Assembly: GCF_003044035.1 (NCBI RefSeq) | Contig: NZ_NVQC01000006.1 | Coordinates: 1-14,070, forward strand | DNA from: Candidatus Methylomirabilis limnetica | GTDB lineage: Bacteria > Methylomirabilota > Methylomirabilia > Methylomirabilales > Methylomirabilaceae | Length of the DNA stretch: 14,070 bases | Reading direction: 5' to 3' | Shown here: one piece after another, positions 1 through 7,933 of the stretch | How positions within the stretch are numbered: position 1 is the stretch's first letter | Layout of the letters: the number at the start of each line of letters is the position of its first letter | Translations under genes and position numbers: made by a program | Notes under the pieces: generated by a model | What the model was told of the DNA's origin: nothing | Database searches by the model: none | The model's input: only the letters and a program-made list of their open reading frames with translations

Positions 1-541
1 AGGCTCGGGTGTGGCCATCGAAGAACATCTCCTGTCGCTCGTACGGATAGGCCCGCACAAAGGGCATGCCCGAATAGCGCGATCGCATACAGAAGAGCTT
101 GACCTGCCGCTCCTCTCCTGCCATGCGGACCCAGGCAGCTCCCCAGTCGACTTCCGCCTCCTGCGCGAGCTCCGGGTCTAAGGGGATGACCGCTGTGACT
201 GTCGGCCATCCCAGCCGAGCCTTCTGCTCCCGCACCCATCGTCTAACTGTCGACTCCGCACCCGGAAAGGCATACTCTTCGACCAGTCGGGTCCAGATCC
301 GGTGCGCCGTGTGGCGATGCTTCTTGGGGGTCTCCTGATCCGTGCGGAGCCAGCCCTCGATGATGGCGGCGACCGAGTCCATCACCCGGGAGGCCGGTTC
401 GTGCCTCCTCCGGTACTTAGGCTCCCAGCCAGCTAGAACCTTGCGGATCGTTTTGCGTGTATGCCCAGTCTCCCGCGCGATCTGACGAATACTCTTCTGA
501 TACACCCGAGCGGCCGTCCTGATGAGCTCGTACTGATCCAT
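1..541 (-). CDS. istA: IS21-family transposase IstA, N-terminal ~180 codons; the gene continues past the left window edge
   Basis: It is absent from the ORF track because it is open at the edge. My reverse-complement translation from ATG (541-539) reads MDQYELIRTAARVYQKSIRQIARETGHTRKTIRKVLAGWEPKYRRRHEPASRVMDSVAAIIEGWLRTDQETPKKHRHTAHRIWTRLVEEYAFPGAESTVRRWVREQKARLGWPTVTAVIPLDPELAQEAEVDWGAAWVRMAGEERQVKLFCMRSRYSGMPFVRAYPYERQEMFFDGHTRA. From memory this matches the N-terminal HTH region and the start of the catalytic region of IS21 IstA proteins (ESTVRRWVR, EAEVDWG, QEMFFDGH). Confidence 0.8.
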   Translation of the reverse strand, partial: MDQYELIRTAARVYQKSIRQIARETGHTRKTIRKVLAGWEPKYRRRHEPASRVMDSVAAIIEGWLRTDQETPKKHRHTAHRIWTRLVEEYAFPGAESTVRRWVREQKARLGWPTVTAVIPLDPELAQEAEVDWGAAWVRMAGEERQVKLFCMRSRYSGMPFVRAYPYERQEMFFDGHTRA

Positions 542-615
542 CCCTAGCACTCCTCTCCCTCCCTGTCTCTGGTGTGGTCTTGCTCGAACACACGAGAAAC
601 AGCGAGCGTATCAGA

Positions 616-662
616 GTGGGCTCCTTTTGCTCGATCATTGCCGTGTTAGGTGGGTCCCTTTT
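616..662 (-). repeat. Two direct copies of a 13-nt motif upstream of istA; candidate IS21 terminal multi-repeat (transposase binding sites). The exact IS end is not mapped.
   Basis: GTGGGCTCCTTTT lies at 616-628 and GTGGGTCCCTTTT at 650-662 (11/13 identical, 34-nt register). Both sit between the istA start (541) and the hsdR stop (686). IS21-family ends are known to carry repeated subterminal motifs. Confidence 0.35.
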
Positions 663-685
663 ACTCTAGCGAAATCAATTGTTTG

Positions 686-3013
686 TCAAGCGGCTGCTTG
701 TTGCTGATACAGGTACTTCTGGAAGCCTGTGAAGACACTCCCAATCTCATCCGGCCTGCCCAGATCGGCCACGGCGTCGGCGATGGAGTTGTGATGCTTG
801 AGCCGCAAGAGGGGAGTGAGCTTGTCCTGATCAAGTTCTTCCACCCCGACGCTGACGTAGTGTGACAGCACAAAATCGAGAAACACCTGCTGCTTGCTGT
901 TGAAATGCGTGCTGATAACGACCTTGGCCCTTACGGCCCGTTCTTCGCGGGTGAGCGGGGGCAGGGCATAGGCCACATGCGCCAGCACGTCGAACAGGTC
1001 GCTCTTCTGCGCGTCGATGATCTTCTGCATCTCAGCCAGTTGCTCACCGCCAAAGCCCTTCTCGGCGAGACCCTGCAAGAGCTTCTTCCGCGTCTCCGGC
1101 GCGCTCCAGAGGGCGCGTAGTTCAGCCTCGTTCTTGAAGAACTCCGGCAGCCTCCCGAACAGCAGTTCCATGAACTGCTGCGCGGACATGGGCGTGCCGT
1201 CAGGGTGCCAGAAAGTCGTGCACGTCATGTGCTGGATGGTGCGCGCCCTGCCATCGGCGAGCTTCACCTTGATCTTCGGGCGTCTGCTGCTGTCCAGCGC
1301 TGGGTCGCGTACCAGCAAAGGCGGATCCGGTGGAGATGCCTCATACCTTTGCTCCTTCGCCTCCGGTTCGATTGGTTCGCCGTCCCATTCCGGATCGCTG
1401 AAGTGATGATGCGCCTTCACGAAGTCGTAGATCGTGAAGGAGTCCTTGCCGTCGTAGAGCCGCGTGCCGCGTCCGATGATCTGCTTGAACTCGATCATCG
1501 AGTTGATCGGTCGCATCAAGACGATGTTGCGGATGTTGCGAGCGTCCACACCGGTGGACAGTTTCTGTGAGGTCGTCAGGATCGTGGGGATCGTCTTCTC
1601 GTTGTCCTGAAAGTCGCGCAGGTGCTGCTCGCCGAGATCACCGTCGTTGGCCGTGACCCGCTGGCAGTAGTTCGGGTCTTTGCTCGTCTTCACCTGATTG
1701 ACGAGGTCGCGGACGGCCAGCGCGTGATCCTGCGTGGCGCAGAACACCAGTGCCTTCTCCTTCTGGTTGATCTGGTCCATGAAGACCTTCACGCGGTGGG
1801 CTTCGCGTTCCTTGATCTCGATGATCTTATTGAAGTCGGTCTCTGTGTAACGCTTCCCGGTTTCGACCTCGCCCTCGATCAGCGTGTCGTCGGGCGTATA
1901 GACATACTCGTCGAGCGTCGTGGAGATCTGCTTCACCTTGAACGGCGTGAGGAACCCGTCGTTGATGCCTTCCTTGAGCGAGTAGATGTAGACCGGCTCG
2001 CCGAAATAGGCGTAGGTGTCTACGTTGTCCTTGCGCTTGGGCGTGGCGGTGAGGCCGAGCTGCACCGCCGGGGCGAAGTATTCGAGGATGCCGCGCCAGT
2101 TACTCTCGTCGTTCGCGCCGCCGCGATGGCACTCGTCGATGACGATAAAGTCGAAGAAGTCCGGCGGGTATTCGCCGAAGTAGGGCGACGGGTGGTCGTC
2201 TTTCGGCGGGCCGCTCATGAAGGTCTGGAAGATGGTGAAGAACAGGCTGCCGTTCTTCGGTACCTTGCCCTTCTTGCGGATGTCCTCCGGCGCGATCCGC
2301 ACCATCGCATCCTCTGGGAAGGCGGAAAAGGCGTTATAGGCTTGGTTGGCGAGGATGTTGCGGTCGGCAAGGAAGAGGATGCGTGGGCGGCGCGAGGGCT
2401 CGCGGCTCAGGTTCCAGCGGCTGTGGAACAGCTTCCACGCGACCTGAAACGCGATGAAGGTCTTGCCTGTGCCGGTGGCGAGGGTGAGCAGGATGCGCTG
2501 CCGATCCTCTGCGATGGCCTCCATCGTCCGCTCGACAGCGATGTCCTGGTAATAGCGGCTGGGGTGCGAGCCGCCTTTGTCCTCGAACGGCACAGCGGCG
2601 AAGCGGTCGCGCCACGTATTCGCTGCGGCGAACGTCGCCGCCCAGAGCTCGTCCGGCGTGGGGTAGTGCGGCAGCTCGCCTTCTTTGCCGGTCTGCATGT
2701 CGATGCCGTAGATGCCCTGTCCGTTGGTGGAATAGGTGAAGCGGATAGCCATCCTGCCGGCATAGCTCTTCGCCTGACCCACGCCCTCGGTCAGCTCTTC
2801 GTCCCACGCTTTAGCTTCGACCACGGCCAGCTTGTGGTTGCGGTAGACCAGCACGTAGTCGGCGATCTCCGGCTTGCCGCGCCGCCCGTGGCCTTCGAGA
2901 CGGCCTTGCGTGATGCGGTACTCGCGCAGGATCTTGCTGCCCTCGGCGACACCCCAGCCCGCCGCTTTCAGCGCGGGATCAATGTGCTCGGCGCGGGTCT
3001 CGGCTTCGTTCAT
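686..3013 (-). CDS. hsdR: Type I restriction enzyme R subunit (HsdR), with an EcoEI/EcoAI-like C-terminal domain
   Basis: The ORF is 775 aa. It has an N-terminal PD-(D/E)xK-like nuclease motif (ADYVLV...VVEAKAW), Walker A (LATGTGKTF), a DEAH-type box (VIDECHRG) and helicase motif VI (IIGRGTRL). The C-terminal segment (TFWHPDGTPMSAQQFMELLFG...DLFDVLAHVAY) resembles the EcoEI R C-terminal domain. Its ATG overlaps the upstream gene's stop (ATGA at 3010-3013). Confidence 0.95.
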   Translation of the reverse strand: MNEAETRAEHIDPALKAAGWGVAEGSKILREYRITQGRLEGHGRRGKPEIADYVLVYRNHKLAVVEAKAWDEELTEGVGQAKSYAGRMAIRFTYSTNGQGIYGIDMQTGKEGELPHYPTPDELWAATFAAANTWRDRFAAVPFEDKGGSHPSRYYQDIAVERTMEAIAEDRQRILLTLATGTGKTFIAFQVAWKLFHSRWNLSREPSRRPRILFLADRNILANQAYNAFSAFPEDAMVRIAPEDIRKKGKVPKNGSLFFTIFQTFMSGPPKDDHPSPYFGEYPPDFFDFIVIDECHRGGANDESNWRGILEYFAPAVQLGLTATPKRKDNVDTYAYFGEPVYIYSLKEGINDGFLTPFKVKQISTTLDEYVYTPDDTLIEGEVETGKRYTETDFNKIIEIKEREAHRVKVFMDQINQKEKALVFCATQDHALAVRDLVNQVKTSKDPNYCQRVTANDGDLGEQHLRDFQDNEKTIPTILTTSQKLSTGVDARNIRNIVLMRPINSMIEFKQIIGRGTRLYDGKDSFTIYDFVKAHHHFSDPEWDGEPIEPEAKEQRYEASPPDPPLLVRDPALDSSRRPKIKVKLADGRARTIQHMTCTTFWHPDGTPMSAQQFMELLFGRLPEFFKNEAELRALWSAPETRKKLLQGLAEKGFGGEQLAEMQKIIDAQKSDLFDVLAHVAYALPPLTREERAVRAKVVISTHFNSKQQVFLDFVLSHYVSVGVEELDQDKLTPLLRLKHHNSIADAVADLGRPDEIGSVFTGFQKYLYQQQAAA

Positions 3014-4077
3014 GGTTTCGGGCGCCTGGTTGTTTTCGGCTTCGACAGCTTCTTCACCTCGTCCTCGAGTTGCTTGAGGGTGTCGGCCTCCGACTCGTCT
3101 TCGAGTTGGGCACGCCGCCTGGCAGCGAAGCGGTCATACTCCTGCTCCGCGATGGCGTCTGCCTGTTCGCGACTGACCTTGCCGGCGTCGGGCAGGATGG
3201 CGCGCTCGTTCAACCGCAGGAAATCCTCGAGCCGACTCTGCCAGTTGTGCAGGAAGATCTGCTTGCGCCGCCTGGCCTGATCCTCGGCGAAATCGAGGAA
3301 CATGACGACGATGCGGTTCAGCTCGTTGATCTCGGCCTCGCGCAGGTAGTTCTTGGCCACGGTCACATCGCCCTTGCGGACCACGCCGCTCTTCCACGCT
3401 GTCAGCCCCATGTTGGGCTGGGCGGAGTCGGCCCGTTCGGCGATCAGTTCAGGCGCGGTCTTGCCGGTGGCGGCGAAGTGCAGCTTGTTCTGCACCGTCT
3501 GGAAGAAAACCTGCGTCTCCGGCTCGGAGGGCGAATAGTCGGCGGCCAGCGCGAGGATCTCCCGCACGCGCAGATACACCCGGCGCTCGCTGGAGCGAAT
3601 GTCGCGGATGCGCTCCAGCAACTCGTCGAAGTAATCCGTATGTCCCTTGCCCGGCGGATTCTTGAGCCGCTCGTCGTCCATAGTGAATCCCTTGACGAGA
3701 TACTCGTTCAAGCGCGCCGTCGCCCATTGGCGGAACTGGGTGCCGCGGGGGCTGCGCACGCGGTAGCCGACGGCGAGAATGGCGGGCAGGCTGTAGTGTT
3801 CGACCTCGCGAACGACTTCGCGGGTGCCCTCCAAACGAACTATCCGGAATTTCCGGATAGTTGCCTCTCGGCTCAATTCGCCCTCCTCAAAGATGTTCAC
3901 CAAATGCTCATTGATCGTCCGCACATCTTTCTGGAAGAGCTCCGCCAGAAGCGCCTGTGTCAGCCAGATGGTATCATTCTCGAATCGGCACTGGATGCGC
4001 GTCTGCCCGTCCTCCGTCTGGTAGAGGATGATGCTGGATTGCGGCGCCTCGTTGTCGGGCATGCGATTAATGGACAA
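3010..4077 (-). CDS. RhuM-family protein (virulence protein RhuM-like), embedded in the RM operon
   Basis: The ORF is 355 aa. The N-terminus (IILYQTEDGQTRIQCRFENDTIWLTQALLAELFQKDVRTINEHLVNIFEEGEL, then YSLPAILAVGYRVRSPRGTQFRQWAT) is typical of the RhuM family as I recall it. The track start at 4077 is TTG and lies inside a repeat, so the ATG at 4062 (MPDNEAP...) is the more likely native start. I found no Fic HxFx(D/E)GNGRxxR motif. Confidence 0.85.
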   Translation of the reverse strand: MSINRMPDNEAPQSSIILYQTEDGQTRIQCRFENDTIWLTQALLAELFQKDVRTINEHLVNIFEEGELSREATIRKFRIVRLEGTREVVREVEHYSLPAILAVGYRVRSPRGTQFRQWATARLNEYLVKGFTMDDERLKNPPGKGHTDYFDELLERIRDIRSSERRVYLRVREILALAADYSPSEPETQVFFQTVQNKLHFAATGKTAPELIAERADSAQPNMGLTAWKSGVVRKGDVTVAKNYLREAEINELNRIVVMFLDFAEDQARRRKQIFLHNWQSRLEDFLRLNERAILPDAGKVSREQADAIAEQEYDRFAARRRAQLEDESEADTLKQLEDEVKKLSKPKTTRRPKP

Positions 4078-4096
4078 TTGAGAGTGGATAATTGAC
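4066..4096. repeat. Left arm of the inverted repeat bracketing the four-helix-bundle ORF (TGGACAATTG / TGGATAATTGA motifs)
   Basis: The sequence ATTAATGGACAATTGAGAGTGGATAATTGAC at 4066-4096 is matched by the reverse complement of 4461-4491: an 11-nt perfect TGGATAATTGA plus an 8-nt ATGGACAA. Confidence 0.8.
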
Positions 4097-4101
4097 AGCG
4101 T

Positions 4102-4458
4102 TCATTGGCTCATCTCGCGCTTGCTTGAATTGATAATGCTGGTCAGAAGCTTTAGGAGTTCAACCACATTGTGATGAATGGATGAGAACGCAGCGGGCTC
4201 CAAATATTGTGTCTCGTGCAATAACTCCAGCCAGTATTCGGTCTCGTTGGTTTCCTTCAGAGCGATGGCCATCTTATGGACAAAGTCGGCCTTGCTCTCT
4301 GCCTGTTCAGCTTCTCGAACCAGTGCGCCAATGGCCGTCCCCGAGCGCAACAATTGCTTGGACAGAACAAATTCTTTTTTCTCAGTACACAAATGTTTGT
4401 ACAGAATTACAATCCGCACTGCGAAAGCAAATGACTTCTCCTTGACGACATTCCCCAT
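4102..4458 (-). CDS. Four-helix-bundle protein (23S rRNA intervening-sequence protein family, Avd-like)
   Basis: About 118 aa from ATG 4458; the track's 4464 start is TTG. The sequence KSFAFAVRIVILYKHL...LSKQLLRSGTAIGALVREAEQAESKADFVHKMAIALKETNETEYWLELL is the characteristic pattern of this family. GC content is visibly lower than in the neighbouring genes. Confidence 0.85.
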   Translation of the reverse strand: MGNVVKEKSFAFAVRIVILYKHLCTEKKEFVLSKQLLRSGTAIGALVREAEQAESKADFVHKMAIALKETNETEYWLELLHETQYLEPAAFSSIHHNVVELLKLLTSIINSSKREMSQ

Positions 4459-4460
4459 CG

Positions 4461-4491
4461 TCAATTATCCATTGTCCATTGTTAATTGTCC
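4461..4491. repeat. Right arm of the inverted repeat bracketing the four-helix-bundle ORF; it overlaps the last 9 codons and the stop of hsdS
   Basis: TCAATTATCCATTGTCCATTGTTAATTGTCC carries three copies of the GGAYAAT motif on the minus strand. It encodes TGQLTMDNG-stop of HsdS. Confidence 0.8.
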
Positions 4492-5667
4492 CGTAAAGGC
4501 TTGGTGCAGCAGCGATTTCTTCAACGCCTCTAACGCGGCGAGCTTCTGCTGGTAGATGGATTCGAGGCGTTGGGTTGCTTCGTGGAGGTCGTCGAGTTTG
4601 GTGACAATTTCTTTTTGCTCAGCGACAGGCGGAAATGGAAACCGTTCGTTCTCGAACGTGCCCATGTTGATGTTTGCTTGGGCGCTTCCTTTTCCCATCG
4701 CTTGGAGGCGCGCCTTGAATGACTGAAGGAGGTACTCGATGAAACCGACATCAGCCTCTTTGGGGTTCGCCAGCACGCCAATGACGCTGTCTGGAAAGCA
4801 AGCGTCGAAGCCCAAAATTGCCGTCTCCGCGATGTTCGCCGCGATTGTTATACAAATTGTTCCATTCGGCCACAGCTTGCTCTGGGCAAGTCCGGCTTCG
4901 CTGTAAGTCTGTGAATACTCGGTGATGATGTGGTCTGCATTGCGAATATCGCCGGTTTGGACGAATGGATATTTCCCACCGTAAAGATGTGGTGCATTTC
5001 GTGGTCGGTGCTTTGACTTACCCCGACCAAAGGTTGTTGCTATCTCTTCCAATGTCTTTTGTTTCCACCCTTTGCCGCGCTGGGTGAAGACGGATTGGAG
5101 GTGGCTTTCGAAGAGGACGCGGGCGTTTTGGAGGTTCTTTTCGGCGTTGGCTTTGGCGGTGGCGAGGCCCTCAAACGCTTCGTCGAGGATGCCGACGATC
5201 CGCTGCTGTTCGGGGAGCGGGGGGACGGGAATTACCTGCGCTTTCACATCTCCATCAGTAACTGCTGGATAGCTTGCCCCCTTCTGGAGGCTTTCCATCT
5301 GTGCGATGAAGTCCTCAGTAAAAAGGGAGTAGAACACGAACCGGTGGTCAATTCCATGCTTCGCTCGGAGAACGAAATAGCCGGTGCTACAAACTTGCTT
5401 GTCGAGATGCTCCGGCACGACAGCGATTCGCTGCAATGTTGGCCGCACCGTCGCAAAGAGCACGTCGTTCTCTCTCACGAGCTTCCTAGCCCGGCTTGGC
5501 GCGTTCTTTCCTTTGAGGCGTTGCGTTGCCTTAATCTGAAACGTTGCGTTGGAGACGCTTGAAACATCGATGTAGTCGAACTCCGTTTCTGGCGATTGGA
5601 GCGGATTAACCGTCTCGGTCTTTTGCAGAACTTCGCCGAGCGTTTTGGTTGGCCACTCCTTCTTCAT
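4465..5667 (-). CDS. hsdS: Type I restriction-modification specificity subunit (HsdS)
   Basis: The ORF is 400 aa, with two variable target-recognition halves. Each half is followed by a conserved helical spacer (PPLPEQQRIVGILDEAFEGL...NARVLFESHLQSVF and PPVAEQKEIVTKLDDLHEATQRLESIYQQKLAALEALKKSLLHQAF). Its ATG overlaps the stop of the upstream MNT gene (5664-5667). Confidence 0.93.
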   Translation of the reverse strand: MKKEWPTKTLGEVLQKTETVNPLQSPETEFDYIDVSSVSNATFQIKATQRLKGKNAPSRARKLVRENDVLFATVRPTLQRIAVVPEHLDKQVCSTGYFVLRAKHGIDHRFVFYSLFTEDFIAQMESLQKGASYPAVTDGDVKAQVIPVPPLPEQQRIVGILDEAFEGLATAKANAEKNLQNARVLFESHLQSVFTQRGKGWKQKTLEEIATTFGRGKSKHRPRNAPHLYGGKYPFVQTGDIRNADHIITEYSQTYSEAGLAQSKLWPNGTICITIAANIAETAILGFDACFPDSVIGVLANPKEADVGFIEYLLQSFKARLQAMGKGSAQANINMGTFENERFPFPPVAEQKEIVTKLDDLHEATQRLESIYQQKLAALEALKKSLLHQAFTGQLTMDNG

Positions 5668-5984
5668 AGCAGCGCCTTGCTTGGCTGCTCATAAAACAGC
5701 ACGCCCACGCGCTCGATATGCTCCCGTAGTTTTGCGTGATTCAGTTCATTGAAAACCGAGAGATCAATGGTGTAGGGCAACAGCAGATCATCCAGCGCCG
5801 ATGCTATCGTCGAGCGCAAATCAGACGTGAGCGCCTCGCCACAGAGCATCAAATCAATGTCCGAGCCCGTCTTGAAGTTTCCCTTGGCGCGAGATCCATA
5901 CAAAATCGCCTTTTCAATCTCCGGGAAACGCGCAAAGACGGCACAGATGTTTTCGACCGTTGTTTCAGTTAACCCATATTTCAT
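5664..5984 (-). CDS. Minimal nucleotidyltransferase (MNT) domain protein, partner of the adjacent HEPN protein
   Basis: The ORF is 106 aa with the nucleotidyltransferase signature LYGSRAKGNFKTGSDIDLML (GS...SDxD). It overlaps the HEPN gene by 4 nt (5981-5984). Confidence 0.9.
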   Translation of the reverse strand: MKYGLTETTVENICAVFARFPEIEKAILYGSRAKGNFKTGSDIDLMLCGEALTSDLRSTIASALDDLLLPYTIDLSVFNELNHAKLREHIERVGVLFYEQPSKALL

Positions 5985-6406
5985 GAGTTCTTGTCTTCCT
6001 GATCATGTAGTGCAGTGAATTTCTTCGCCATACTCTGAAAGGCCGGATAAAACCGTTCCAGGATATCATCCGCAACCGCCTGAGCGATCTTGAGGTCGTA
6101 GGTATGCGAGGTCAGATTGCGAACTTCTATCATTTTCATCCAGTCCTCGCCTTGCACGATAAGACCATTCTTGAACGCTTCACGCGTCGCGTCTTTTGAG
6201 CCAATCAAGCCGACGATCCCTTTATCCTCTAAATAATCTTTCAATACATTCCATGCCAGCTCATGGGTGAACTCAAAACTTTGAATCAATCCCTGTTGCT
6301 CAAGCTTGGATAATTCGCGCGAGCGTGCCAATTCCACCGCCTCAACGAGCGTCTGAAATGCCTTGAGGTAGTTGTTGAACCGCTGTTTCCACCGAATGTC
6401 ATCCAT
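5981..6406 (-). CDS. HEPN-domain protein (HI0074-like nucleotidyltransferase substrate-binding subunit)
   Basis: The ORF is 141 aa. The N-terminus (RWKQRFNNYLKAFQTLVEAVE) and the Rx4H motif (RNLTSH) are typical of the HI0074 family. It starts 14 nt after the hsdM stop. Confidence 0.9.
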   Translation of the reverse strand: MDDIRWKQRFNNYLKAFQTLVEAVELARSRELSKLEQQGLIQSFEFTHELAWNVLKDYLEDKGIVGLIGSKDATREAFKNGLIVQGEDWMKMIEVRNLTSHTYDLKIAQAVADDILERFYPAFQSMAKKFTALHDQEDKNS

Positions 6407-6420
6407 AGCCTGATCCTCCT

Positions 6421-7884
6421 TTACAGCATCTCCTTGATCTTTCTCAGCACCTCGGCGCTCTCCGCATCGAGCGCAGCGATCTCGTCCATGATCTCCTGCG
6501 GGCTGCGGTGCGCGATTTCCTCGCCGCCGTTGGGGTTCTTCACAGAGAGGTCGAAGGTCGCCTTGTCGATGCCCTTGGCGTCCACGCTCCAGCTCTTGGG
6601 CGAGTCGGCGAAGGTCTCTTGCAGCTTCACGAAGTCGGCGAGGTCGGCGTCGTTGAGCGGGTTGGTCTTACCGAGGTTGCGGCCGGGGTCGAGCTGGTAG
6701 AACCAGACCTTGCGCGTGGGCGCGCCTTTCTCGAAGAACAGCACGACGGTCTTCACGCCCGCGCCCTGGAACGTGCCGCCGGGGCAGTCGAGCACGGTGT
6801 GCAGGTTACAGCTTTCCAGCAGGAGCTCGCGCAGGCTCACGGAGGCGTTGTCGGTATTGGAGAGAAACGTGTTCTTGATGACCACGCCGCCGCGCCCGCC
6901 GGCCTTGAGCATCTTGATGAAGTGCTGGAGGAACAGGAACGCCGTCTCGCCGGTGCGGATGGGGAAGTTCTGCTGGACCTCCTTGCGCTCCTTGCCGCCG
7001 AAGGGCGGATTGGCCAGCACCACGTCGAAGCGATCCTTGTCCTGAATGTCGGCGAGGTTCTCGGACAGCGTGTTGGTGTGGACGATGTTCGGCGCCTCGA
7101 TGCCGTGCAGGATCATGTTCATGATAGCGATGACGTAGGCGAGGGACTTCTTCTCTTTACCGTAGAAGGTGCGGTCCTGAAGGATGCGGTCCTGTGCGGT
7201 GGTGCGCTTGGGGTGGGTCTCTTTCAGGTACTCGTACGCCTCGCACAAAAAGCCCGCCGAGCCGACCGCGCCGTCGTAGATACGGTCGTCGATCTTGGGG
7301 TGCACGACCTGGACGATGGCGCGGATGAGCGGGCGCGGGGTGTAGTACTCGCCGCCGTTGCGCCCGGCGTTGCCCATGTTCTTGATCTTGGCCTCGTAGA
7401 GGTGCGACAGCTCATGCTTCTCGGTCTGCGAGCGGAAGCGCAGTTCGTCGATGTGGTCGATGATCTCGCGCAGGTTGTAGCCGCTCTGGATCTTGTTCTT
7501 GATCTCTCCGAAGATCTCCCCGATCTTGTATTCGATCGTGTTTGACCCGGTGGCCTTCTGCTTGAAGCCGTGCAGGTAGGGAAAGAGCTTCTGATTGACG
7601 AAGTCGCGGAGGTCGTCGCCGGTTAGGACCCTGTTGTGGTCGAGCTTGCCGTCCTTACCCTTGGGCGCGGCCCAGCTTTCCCAGCGGTACGGTTTGTCGA
7701 GGATGTAGCTGTACTTCTTCCTCTCCAGCGCGGCTTCATCGGCGCGGTCCTGCTCTAGTCCATCGAGGTATTTCAGGAACAGCAGCCAGGACGTCTGCTC
7801 GGTGTAGTCGAGCTCGGTCGTGCATCCCGCCTCTTTCCAGAGGACGTCGTCGATGTTCTTGAAGGCTTGTTCAAACACAGGCAC
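6421..7884 (-). CDS. hsdM: Type I restriction-modification N6-adenine DNA methyltransferase subunit (HsdM)
   Basis: The ORF is 487 aa with the SAM-binding motif DGAVGSAGFL and the catalytic motif LANPPFGGKE. The N-terminal HsdM_N-like region reads FKNIDDVLWKEAGC...EQTSWLLFLKYLD. The listed start is GTG at 7884. A second GTG at 7878 has better spacing to a GAGGA Shine-Dalgarno sequence. Confidence 0.95.
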   Translation of the reverse strand: MPVFEQAFKNIDDVLWKEAGCTTELDYTEQTSWLLFLKYLDGLEQDRADEAALERKKYSYILDKPYRWESWAAPKGKDGKLDHNRVLTGDDLRDFVNQKLFPYLHGFKQKATGSNTIEYKIGEIFGEIKNKIQSGYNLREIIDHIDELRFRSQTEKHELSHLYEAKIKNMGNAGRNGGEYYTPRPLIRAIVQVVHPKIDDRIYDGAVGSAGFLCEAYEYLKETHPKRTTAQDRILQDRTFYGKEKKSLAYVIAIMNMILHGIEAPNIVHTNTLSENLADIQDKDRFDVVLANPPFGGKERKEVQQNFPIRTGETAFLFLQHFIKMLKAGGRGGVVIKNTFLSNTDNASVSLRELLLESCNLHTVLDCPGGTFQGAGVKTVVLFFEKGAPTRKVWFYQLDPGRNLGKTNPLNDADLADFVKLQETFADSPKSWSVDAKGIDKATFDLSVKNPNGGEEIAHRSPQEIMDEIAALDAESAEVLRKIKEML

Positions 7885-7933
7885 CCATCCTCTACGCGGT
7901 CAGTGTCGCGTTGTGGTCATGTCTCGTGCGGGC

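Noticed and set aside
99-638. ORFs 99-338 (+) and 417-638 (-)
   Set aside because: The first is antisense to the istA reading frame. The second is out of frame with istA and spans its start and 5' leader. Neither has recognisable features.
1622-3280. 552-aa plus-strand ORF, and likewise 3070-4095 (341 aa) and 6508-7545 (345 aa)
   Set aside because: These lie antisense to hsdR, rhuM and hsdM, which have clear catalytic motifs. Their products are low-complexity (V/L/A/R/G/D-rich) with no recognisable motif, which is the typical shadow ORF of high-GC DNA.
3010-4077. RhuM-family protein as a third Fic/Doc enzyme
   Set aside because: I found no HxFx(D/E)GNGRxxR motif in the 355-aa sequence, so I leave it as RhuM family with unknown activity.
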